A stretch of 64,000 bases of DNA from positions 9,424 through 73,423 of the forward strand of contig CAZIZG010000005.1 of NCBI GenBank assembly GCA_964543815.1, in the 5' to 3' direction. Positions 10,124-17,938 of the stretch are shown in pieces (position 1 is the first letter of the stretch; each line of letters starts with the position of its first letter). Source of the DNA: an uncultured Bdellovibrionales bacterium (GTDB taxonomy: Bacteria > Patescibacteriota > Minisyncoccia > Moranbacterales > UBA1568). The notes below the pieces were generated by a model. That model searched no databases and was not told where the DNA came from. It was given only the letters and a program-made list of their open reading frames with translations. Made by a program: the position numbers and the translations under genes.

Positions 10124-11836
10124 ATGCTGACTCTCAAAAACATTCGAAAAATCTACGGAATTCACCGCGTCCTCGAAAAGGTCTCCTTTTCCATTGGTGA
10201 AGGGCAGAAAGTAGCCCTGGTTGGTCAGAATGGTGTTGGTAAATCGACTCTTCTCAAGATTGCCGCTGGTCTCGAGACTTTTGAAAAAGGTGAGCGTATC
10301 GTGCCAAACCGATGTCTTTTGGGCTATCTCCCGCAGGAAGTGGGGGCGCTTCCGGATGAGACCCTCATTGCCTATCTGCGTCGGATGGCAGGTCTCGCTG
10401 AATTGGAGAAGGAGATGAAACGCCTGGAGAAGCACCTCGATGAAGAGGCAATTCTCGCAGAGTTTGAAGCGGCAGAGCATGACTATACCCGTCTCGGTGG
10501 GTATGACTTTGAGCGAAAGGCTCGGAGTATATTGGAGGGTTTGTTCCTTGATCACGTGGGACTCAATCGTCCGTTATCAGAATTGTCCGGAGGAGAAAAA
10601 CGGAAGGCAGCGCTCGCGGGCGTGCTTTTACGTGGAGTCGATATTTTGTTTCTTGATGAACCGACGAATAACCTTGATCTCCCGGCTCTTCTCTGGCTTG
10701 AAAACTATCTCAAACGTTCGAAAGCAACCTGTCTCATTGCTTCGCATGATCGGCGTTTTCTCGATCATGTGGTGAAAAAAGTCGTGGAGATTGATTGGTT
10801 CAAGCGTGAGGCCATCATGTATACCGGTGGCTGGAGTGAGTACGCCGAGATGAAGGCCCATGCTTTTCGTCGTCATAAAGAACAGTACCGGATGCAAGAA
10901 GCGGAACGAGAACGCCTTTTGGAATCTATGGCTGAGAAAAAAGAATGGGTGATTCGTGTTCAGGAAAAAGCTGCGCCAGACAACGATAAATTTACTTCGA
11001 ACTACAAAAAAGAACGAGCCACTCGCAAGTTCGATGCTTCTGCGAAAGCGCTTGAGGGCCGACAGAGGCGCCTGGATGATATCGAACGGCCGCTGGAACG
11101 GCCGCCGCTGGATATCATTCTCCAAACAGAGAAGAATGATGAAAGTAGTATCGTGGTACAGGATCTCATTTTTGGATATCCCGAGGATGAAGGGAAAAAA
11201 ACGTACAGAGGTGGTCCGGTGAACCTCAATATTCCACTGGGCAGCCGCATTGCTATCTTGGGAAACAACGGGGTTGGTAAATCAACGCTGCTTCAAACAC
11301 TGACCGGTAGTCTCGTTCCTTTGTCGGGTACGGTTACCTGTGGAGCACAGGTGAAATTTGGGTATCTAATGCAAGAACATGAAAATATCATTCAGTCTGA
11401 AACGCCACGTCAGCTTTTCAAGAAACGTTTGCCCGATTTCGATGCCTTCGAGGTTTCACTTATGCTCTCGGAATATCAGTTTCCACCGGATACATTGGAT
11501 AGCAAAATAGTTTATTTGAGTCCTGGTGAGCGAGTGCGGCTCATCTTGGCACTGCTCTCGATGCTACATGCAAACGTTTTGGTCCTCGATGAACCGACCA
11601 ACCATCTTGATTTGGAAGCCATCGAAGCTCTCGAAGAATCGCTCGCGGTTTATCCTGGGACACTTCTTTTGGTAACACACGACCGACTCTTTCTCGAACG
11701 CGTAGAACTGCCAGAAAAATACGTGCTTGAGGCTGGCACACTCACGCGAGTTATGGACTATGCGGCGTATGAAGCAGCTGCTTTGCCTCAGGTGAAGCGA
11801 GTACTCAAGCGCTTGGAAGAAAAACACGGAAAATAA
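10124..11836 (+). CDS. ABC-F family ATPase (two tandem ABC domains, no TM domain)
   Basis: Two Walker A motifs (GQNGVGKST and GNNGVGKST), two signature motifs (LSGGEKRK, LSPGERVR) and an interdomain linker. Start chosen at MLTLKNIRKIYGI, just downstream of a GGGGTATACT -10 element. Confidence 0.85.
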   Translation: MLTLKNIRKIYGIHRVLEKVSFSIGEGQKVALVGQNGVGKSTLLKIAAGLETFEKGERIVPNRCLLGYLPQEVGALPDETLIAYLRRMAGLAELEKEMKRLEKHLDEEAILAEFEAAEHDYTRLGGYDFERKARSILEGLFLDHVGLNRPLSELSGGEKRKAALAGVLLRGVDILFLDEPTNNLDLPALLWLENYLKRSKATCLIASHDRRFLDHVVKKVVEIDWFKREAIMYTGGWSEYAEMKAHAFRRHKEQYRMQEAERERLLESMAEKKEWVIRVQEKAAPDNDKFTSNYKKERATRKFDASAKALEGRQRRLDDIERPLERPPLDIILQTEKNDESSIVVQDLIFGYPEDEGKKTYRGGPVNLNIPLGSRIAILGNNGVGKSTLLQTLTGSLVPLSGTVTCGAQVKFGYLMQEHENIIQSETPRQLFKKRLPDFDAFEVSLMLSEYQFPPDTLDSKIVYLSPGERVRLILALLSMLHANVLVLDEPTNHLDLEAIEALEESLAVYPGTLLLVTHDRLFLERVELPEKYVLEAGTLTRVMDYAAYEAAALPQVKRVLKRLEEKHGK

Positions 11837-11939
11837 AAGAAAAAACTCCAAAATGATTCGTAGCTATTTGGGGTGAAATTTTCTTTTTCCAGGAATCGAC
11901 TTGGGGTATACTATAGATACTTGACGCTCATCGTTTTTT

Positions 11940-12615
11940 TTGTCTTTGACACTGAGAATTTTGAACCACAAATTCCTTCTCGTTATTGCTCTCATAATCT
12001 TCCTTGTGATGGGAGGTCTAGTTTTGCTATGGCAAAAAAAACAGAGTACTGAAACTCCTGAGGTTAAAAAGACTGAGGAACAGCAGTCGGAGCCTACCCT
12101 CACAGAAAAGTACCCGCAACATATCGAGGCTATCCAGGGGAGTGATGAAGTCTGGTATAACATTCCAGAACTCGGTGTGCGGATGAGGCTGAATAGGGGA
12201 TTCGCTGAAGATTTGGTGTATGTTTATTCAAAGTCAGAGGTGAGGGCAACCGAGGATCAAAAAAATACGTTATTCCGTTTGAGGAGAGAGTCGATTTTTC
12301 CACATATTCACTTCAGAAGATTGAACCAGCTTGTGTTCCTGGTACTCGATCGATTGGCGAAATTATCAGAGAGCCCGGAAATATTAAGGACTGGCCGGCA
12401 GCAGATTATTATAATCTCTATCGTCAGTTTCCGAATACTTTTCTTGTATTTGGGATTCCAGCTAGTCAAGACAATCCCAATACTCCCTTGTGCTTGTTAG
12501 GTGCCGACAGTAAATGGTCTTCATCTCAAATTTCAAATGATGAGATACAAAAGAGGGAGGAGCTAATGGATAGACAATCATCAGTTTTGGCGAAGTCCTT
12601 TTCTTTGATGGAGGA
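11940..12615 (+). pseudogene. Membrane-anchored hypothetical protein gene interrupted by a -1 frame change at an A7 run (12259-12265); either a homopolymer indel or a slippery site.
   Basis: The N-terminal frame (TTG/ATG start, TM helix) runs into a nonsense-like tail. A coherent about 115-aa continuation (VIPFEERVDFSTYSLQKIEPACVPGTRSIGEII...SVLAKSFSLMEEVR) lies in the -1 frame and ends at TAA 12613-12615. Confidence 0.5.
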
Positions 12616-12741
12616 AGTTCGATAAGTGTCGGCAATCTCGCCAATTTATGGTGGCAAGCCCCAAGGAATAGAACGGCCATTTTTTTATACTAAAATGGCT
12701 TTTGTTTGCCTCTTTTCTGACTTTCGGGTATACTCGAAGGC

Positions 12742-14430
12742 ATGAAACAACAGGTCAAGATTCGTTATCAGTTCGCTCTCGTGCTCCTTTTGGGGCTTGT
12801 GTGCGGCGTTATTTCTTATCCTCAGGTGGTGAAGCACATCCCGCCTGTTTTCACCGTGTTTGATGCTCTCAAAGTGAACAAGGGTCTCGATTTGCAGGGG
12901 GGTATTCATTTGGAATACAAAGCGGATGTTTCGCAGATTGAGAGTGCCAAGGTGAATGATGCTCTGACCGCTGCTGAGGCAGTGATTGAGCGCCGCGTCA
13001 ATGCCTTTGGTGTTGGAGAGCCACTAGTACAACTGTCTCGTTCCGGGAGTGAACATCGCATCATCGTTGAATTACCAGGAATCAAAGATATCGAGCAGGC
13101 AAAAAAGATGATTAAAGAGACGCCGTTTTTGGAGTTTCGTGAATCCTCTGATGGTACGGTGAGTCCTGAGGATCAAAGCCAGCTTGATAGTATGAATCAA
13201 TCAAACAAGGCCAAGGCCGAAGGAATATTGGCCCGGGTTAAAAACGGCGAAGATTTCTCGGCATTGGCGAGTGAATTCAGTCAAGATCCTGGCTCGAAAG
13301 ACAAGGGTGGCGATCTTGATTTTGTGAAGAGTGGTACGTTTGTACCTGAGTTCGATCAAACGCTTTTTGATACAAATTTGCCATCTGGGGCAGTCTCTCC
13401 TCATCTGGTGGAGAGTCAGTTTGGTTGGCACATCATCAAAAAAATTGAAGAGCGTGGGTCAGGCGATGAGCGCGAAGTTCACGGTGCTCACATTCTCTTC
13501 CGGAAGTATGCCGCTACTGATTTCCCGAAGCTTGCCTTTAAGGCCACCGGTCTTTCTGGTAAGAATTTGAAAAATGCCTATGTTGACTACCAAAGTCAGG
13601 GAGTAGGGTCGCCGCAGATTGCGCTCCAGTTCGATGATGAGGGCACCAGGTTGTTTGCGGAAATTACCAAGCGAAACATTGGCAAGCCGGTAGCGATTTT
13701 CCTTGATGACGAAATCATTAGTCAGCCGACGGTCCAAAATGAAATCGTGGCTGGTCAGGCGGTTATCACGGGAAACTTTACCATGAAAGAAGCCAATGAT
13801 TTGGTGAAACGTCTCAATGAAGGAGCGCTTCCGGTACCGATTACCCTCGTGGGTCAACAGAGTGTGGATGCTTCTCTTGGTGAGAGCGCCTTGCAGAAGA
13901 GTCTCTTTGCTGGTCTGGTTGGTCTCGCGGCAGTGGCAGTTTTCATGGTCTTCTACTACCGTCTTCTTGGAGTGGTGGCGGTGTTTGCTCTTCTTCTTTA
14001 TACGGCAATGCTTCTTACCCTCTTTAAGCTTTCCGTTTTTACACCTTTTGCTATTACCGTGACGCTCTCGGGTATCGCTGGTTTCATCCTTTCGATTGGT
14101 ATCGCGGTTGATGCGAACGTTCTCATCTTTGAACGTACACGAGAAGAACTTTCTTATGGTAAGGGAGTGATTCGTTCTATTACAGAAGGATTTCGCCGCG
14201 CTTGGCCGAGTATTCGTGATGGCCACGTCTCTACCCTCATCACCACAGTCATCCTTATTGGACTCGGGACAGGATTTGTCAAAGGATTTGCAGTGATACT
14301 GGCTCTTGGTGTGCTTCTCTCGCTCTTTACCGCAGTGGTTTTGGTTCGTATCACGACGACATTCCTCGCTGGCGATTGGATGGAACGTCATGCCTGGCTT
14401 CTCGTCTCTCCTAAGAAACCACTCGAATAG
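12742..14430 (+). CDS. secD: Protein translocase subunit SecD with an embedded PpiC/parvulin-type peptidyl-prolyl isomerase domain
   Basis: Canonical SecD N-terminus and P1 motifs (LDLQGGIHL, RRVNAFGVGEPLVQ, VELPGIKD) and six C-terminal TMs. A parvulin signature (KDKGGDLDFVKSGTFVPEFDQTLF...SQFGWHIIKK) sits inside the periplasmic P1 domain. Confidence 0.9.
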   Translation: MKQQVKIRYQFALVLLLGLVCGVISYPQVVKHIPPVFTVFDALKVNKGLDLQGGIHLEYKADVSQIESAKVNDALTAAEAVIERRVNAFGVGEPLVQLSRSGSEHRIIVELPGIKDIEQAKKMIKETPFLEFRESSDGTVSPEDQSQLDSMNQSNKAKAEGILARVKNGEDFSALASEFSQDPGSKDKGGDLDFVKSGTFVPEFDQTLFDTNLPSGAVSPHLVESQFGWHIIKKIEERGSGDEREVHGAHILFRKYAATDFPKLAFKATGLSGKNLKNAYVDYQSQGVGSPQIALQFDDEGTRLFAEITKRNIGKPVAIFLDDEIISQPTVQNEIVAGQAVITGNFTMKEANDLVKRLNEGALPVPITLVGQQSVDASLGESALQKSLFAGLVGLAAVAVFMVFYYRLLGVVAVFALLLYTAMLLTLFKLSVFTPFAITVTLSGIAGFILSIGIAVDANVLIFERTREELSYGKGVIRSITEGFRRAWPSIRDGHVSTLITTVILIGLGTGFVKGFAVILALGVLLSLFTAVVLVRITTTFLAGDWMERHAWLLVSPKKPLE

Positions 14431-14447
14431 TTTCTCTCGATATACTT

Positions 14448-15344
14448 ATGCTCAAAATCATTCAGAAAAGAAAATACGCCTATATCCTCTCCGGCCTACT
14501 GACGCTCGCGAGTGTAGCAGTATTAATCGTCTGGGGTTTGAAGCCGGGAATTGATTTCAAAGGTGGGACGCTCATGGAGGTTCAGTTTTCGGTAGAGCCC
14601 GTGCCGACGGTACAGACGATTGAATCAACGCTGGCTGATTTGTCTCTCAAGAGTCTGACGGTGCAGCCGACGGAAAATCGCGGTATGCTCCTTCGTTATC
14701 TCGCTTCTGATGAAGTTGCCAATAATCAGGTGCTTGCCAAGCTGACGAGTCTCGATACCGATATTAAACAGCTTCGGACAGACTTTATCGGTGGTTCTGT
14801 TTCAGACCAAATCAAACGCAATGCCTTTACGGGTGTTATTCTTTCGATTATCGGTATCGCACTCTATATCGCCTGGGCCTTCCGGCGGGTATCGGGTGTT
14901 GTTACATCCTGGGAATACGGTCTCGGAGCGGTCATTGCGCTGGCTCATGATATCATCATCGTGATCGGTATCTTCGTACTTCTTGGTCACTACTATGATA
15001 TCGAGATTGGTATCCCTTTCATCGCAGCACTGCTGACTATCTTGGGGTACTCGGTCAATGACACCATCGTTGTATACGATCGGGTACGGGAGAACCTCAT
15101 GCGTTCCAGTCGCAAGGAAGATTTTGAAAATATCGTCAATCGTTCGCTCAACGAGACGCTGGGACGCTCTATCAACACCTCGATGACGGTTATCATTACG
15201 CTTGTGGCCATTGTGCTATTCGGTGGCGAGAGCATCAAATATTTCGGTGTAGCACTCCTTTCTGGTGTGGTGTTTGGTACGTACTCGTCCATTTATATTG
15301 CCTCGGCCCTCTTGGTATCACGCTATAAGATGAAGACTGAATAA
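14448..15344 (+). CDS. secF: Protein translocase subunit SecF
   Basis: 298 aa with SecF topology and motifs (IDFKGGT, six TMs), immediately downstream of secD. Confidence 0.9.
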   Translation: MLKIIQKRKYAYILSGLLTLASVAVLIVWGLKPGIDFKGGTLMEVQFSVEPVPTVQTIESTLADLSLKSLTVQPTENRGMLLRYLASDEVANNQVLAKLTSLDTDIKQLRTDFIGGSVSDQIKRNAFTGVILSIIGIALYIAWAFRRVSGVVTSWEYGLGAVIALAHDIIIVIGIFVLLGHYYDIEIGIPFIAALLTILGYSVNDTIVVYDRVRENLMRSSRKEDFENIVNRSLNETLGRSINTSMTVIITLVAIVLFGGESIKYFGVALLSGVVFGTYSSIYIASALLVSRYKMKTE

Positions 15345-15354
15345 TGACAAAACT

Positions 15355-15648
15355 ATGAAATGGAATCCATTCAAAAAAGATGATGCGGCAGAGAAAAATG
15401 ATGAGCTCCCTCATATCCCAGGTATGCCGGACATGAAGGATATGAATATGCTCCAGCGTTTCGCTATGAAGCGCCTCATGAATATGAGCCCGGCCGAACG
15501 CGAAAAAACTCTCCGGAAGGCCATGACGCCTAAAAATATTGAGAAGCACAAGGATGAAATCCTGGCCTCACTTGAAGCGATGCGCAAAGCGGGACAAATG
15601 TCTGATGATCAATACCGTCTCGCCAAGGCCCGGTTTGGACTCAAGTAG
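15355..15648 (+). CDS. Hypothetical small Met/Lys-rich protein
   Basis: 97-aa ORF tightly packed between secF and tyrS; no recognisable motifs. Confidence 0.4.
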   Translation: MKWNPFKKDDAAEKNDELPHIPGMPDMKDMNMLQRFAMKRLMNMSPAEREKTLRKAMTPKNIEKHKDEILASLEAMRKAGQMSDDQYRLAKARFGLK

Positions 15649-15667
15649 ATTCTTTTTCTATATATCT

Positions 15668-16858
15668 ATGGAAAACAAAGAACAACTCATCGATGAAATT
15701 CTCTCTCGGGGAGTGGCTGAAGTGATTGACCGTGATCATTTGAGGCAACGCCTCCTTGAGGGGAAACCACTTCGTATCAAACTCGGTATCGATCCAACCA
15801 GTCCCAATATTCATATTGGACGAGCCGTGGTACTTCTCAAGATGCGGGACTTGCAGCGATTGGGGCATAAGATTGTCCTTATCGTCGGTGATTTTACGGG
15901 GGTGATTGGTGATACGTCTGACAAGGAGAGTGAGCGGCCGATGCTCACCACCGATGCTATCGAGGCCAACATGAAAAACTATACTGAGCAAATGGGCAAG
16001 CTCATTGATTTAGAGCAGGCTGAGGTGCACTACAATTCTACCTGGCTTGAGAAACTTGGCTATGAGGAGATTGGGACGCAGGCTAATGTTTTTTCTTTGG
16101 CCGAATTTATTTCCCGGGAGAACATTCGCAAGCGGCTTGATGAAGGGAAGCGGGTGTCGCTCCGAGAGGTGCTCTATCCACTCATGCAGGGGTTTGACAG
16201 TATCGCGATTAACGCTGATGTAGAGCTCGGGGGTAGCGATCAACGCTTCAACCTGCTCGCTGGTCGGCGTCTTCAAGAGGCCAATGGGCAACCAGCGCAG
16301 GATATTCTCATGACCAATCTCATCCTCGGGACGGATGGTCGCAAGATGAGTTCGAGCTGGGGCAACACTATCAACTTAACCGATGTGCCCAATGAGATGT
16401 TTGGCAAGGTGATGAGTGTGCCAGATAATCTAATAACAGAGTATTTCGTGCACTGCACTCGGGTACCAATGGCTGAGATTGGAAAGATGGCTGAGGATAT
16501 GGTGACCGGTGGCAACCCGCGTGATGCCAAAGTACGTTTGGCTAAGGAAATGGTCCGTCTCTATCATGGTGACGTCGAAGCAGACAAGGCGGAACAGTAT
16601 TTTATTGATACCTTTTCAAAGGGGGCTGTACCAGAAGAGGTGCGGACAGTGTCGGTCGTTTCTGGTACAAAATTGATAGACATGCTTGCTGAGGCGGGGT
16701 TGGCGGAAAGTAAGGCTGATGCTCGTCGCAAGGCAGAGCAGGGCGGTGTTTCAATTGATGGTGACAAGCTTGCTTTTGATACTATCCTTGAAAAGGAAAA
16801 ATTTGATGGCAAAGTGCTGAAGGTCGGAAAAAAAGATTTTGTTAAGATTGTTTTTTAG
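15668..16858 (+). CDS. tyrS: Tyrosine--tRNA ligase
   Basis: Class I HIGH-like PNIHIGR, KMSSS (KMSKS), TyrRS-specific IVGDFTGVIGDTSDKESER and a C-terminal S4-like RNA-binding domain. Start at ATG 15668 (MENKEQL) rather than the ORF-track start. Confidence 0.85.
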   Translation: MENKEQLIDEILSRGVAEVIDRDHLRQRLLEGKPLRIKLGIDPTSPNIHIGRAVVLLKMRDLQRLGHKIVLIVGDFTGVIGDTSDKESERPMLTTDAIEANMKNYTEQMGKLIDLEQAEVHYNSTWLEKLGYEEIGTQANVFSLAEFISRENIRKRLDEGKRVSLREVLYPLMQGFDSIAINADVELGGSDQRFNLLAGRRLQEANGQPAQDILMTNLILGTDGRKMSSSWGNTINLTDVPNEMFGKVMSVPDNLITEYFVHCTRVPMAEIGKMAEDMVTGGNPRDAKVRLAKEMVRLYHGDVEADKAEQYFIDTFSKGAVPEEVRTVSVVSGTKLIDMLAEAGLAESKADARRKAEQGGVSIDGDKLAFDTILEKEKFDGKVLKVGKKDFVKIVF

Positions 16859-16890
16859 TCAAAAACTGAAAAATTGAGTAGAATGGAATC

Positions 16891-17928
16891 ATGAAAGAAC
16901 GGATTGAAAAAATTGGACAGGCAGGCGAAGCAGCACTGGCGGCGGTCAAGACCATGGCCGAGCTGGAGACATGGGAGATTACGTATCTTGGTCGCAAGAG
17001 CGAGCTCAATACTCTCCTCAAGGGGCTACGTGACTTGTCTCCGGAAGATAAGAAGGTTATCGGACCGCTCGGAAACAGTACCAAGCAAAGATTGATTGCT
17101 TCGTTTGATGCTAAGAAAAAGGATCTGCTTGAGCAGAGTATCGATTGGCAGGCTGTCGGGGTGGATATCACTGCTCCGGGTTTGGCGGTACGCGCTGGTC
17201 ACCTCCATCCCATTACTCGTCTCGAGCATGAGATTGAGGATATTTTTGCTTCCATGGGTTTTGCTATTGCTGATGGACCGGAAGTGGAATTGGAAGCTTA
17301 TAACTTTGATGCACTCAACTTTCCCAAGGATCATCCATCGCGGGATATGCAGGATACGTTCTGGGTTAAGCCCGAAAAGAAATCTCATGATCGGTATTTG
17401 CCTCGCACTCACACTTCGGGAGTCCAAGTGAGGTATATGGAGACGCATACGCCACCACTTCGGGTTATTGTGCCGGGACGAGTGTTTCGTAACGAAGCGA
17501 CGGATGCCTCACATGAGCACACCTTCCATCAGTTTGAGTGTCTCATGGTGGATGTGGAGGGAGAGGTTACTGTGGCAACGTTTAAGTTTGTGGCTGAGGA
17601 ATTCTTCAGTAAGTTTTTTGGAGAGAAAGTGAGCGTTCGGTTACGGCCAAGTTTTTTTCCTTTTACCGAGCCGTCTTTCGAATTTGATATCAGCTGTATC
17701 CTTTGTGAGGGGAAGGGTTGTGCCACTTGCAAGCAAAGTGGTTGGCTTGAAATTGGTGGCGCTGGCATGGTCAATCAGCGGGTGTTTGAAGCAGCTGGTT
17801 ACAAGCGGGGTGTTTACCAAGGCTTTGCTTGGGGCTTTGGTATGACGAGACTCGCCATGATGAAATATAAAATTACCGATATTCGTCTTCTTATGAGTGG
17901 CGACCTCCGATTTATTCGCCAATTCTAG
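16891..17928 (+). CDS. pheS: Phenylalanine--tRNA ligase alpha subunit
   Basis: Class II motifs including FRNEATDASHEHTFHQFE, FPFTEPSFEFD and GWLEIGGAGMV. Confidence 0.95.
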   Translation: MKERIEKIGQAGEAALAAVKTMAELETWEITYLGRKSELNTLLKGLRDLSPEDKKVIGPLGNSTKQRLIASFDAKKKDLLEQSIDWQAVGVDITAPGLAVRAGHLHPITRLEHEIEDIFASMGFAIADGPEVELEAYNFDALNFPKDHPSRDMQDTFWVKPEKKSHDRYLPRTHTSGVQVRYMETHTPPLRVIVPGRVFRNEATDASHEHTFHQFECLMVDVEGEVTVATFKFVAEEFFSKFFGEKVSVRLRPSFFPFTEPSFEFDISCILCEGKGCATCKQSGWLEIGGAGMVNQRVFEAAGYKRGVYQGFAWGFGMTRLAMMKYKITDIRLLMSGDLRFIRQF

Positions 17929-17938
17929 GTAGTACTCT

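Noticed and set aside
13459-14391. 310-aa minus-strand ORF
   Set aside because: It is antisense to secD, whose motifs are unambiguous. The translation is Arg/Lys/Cys-rich nonsense.
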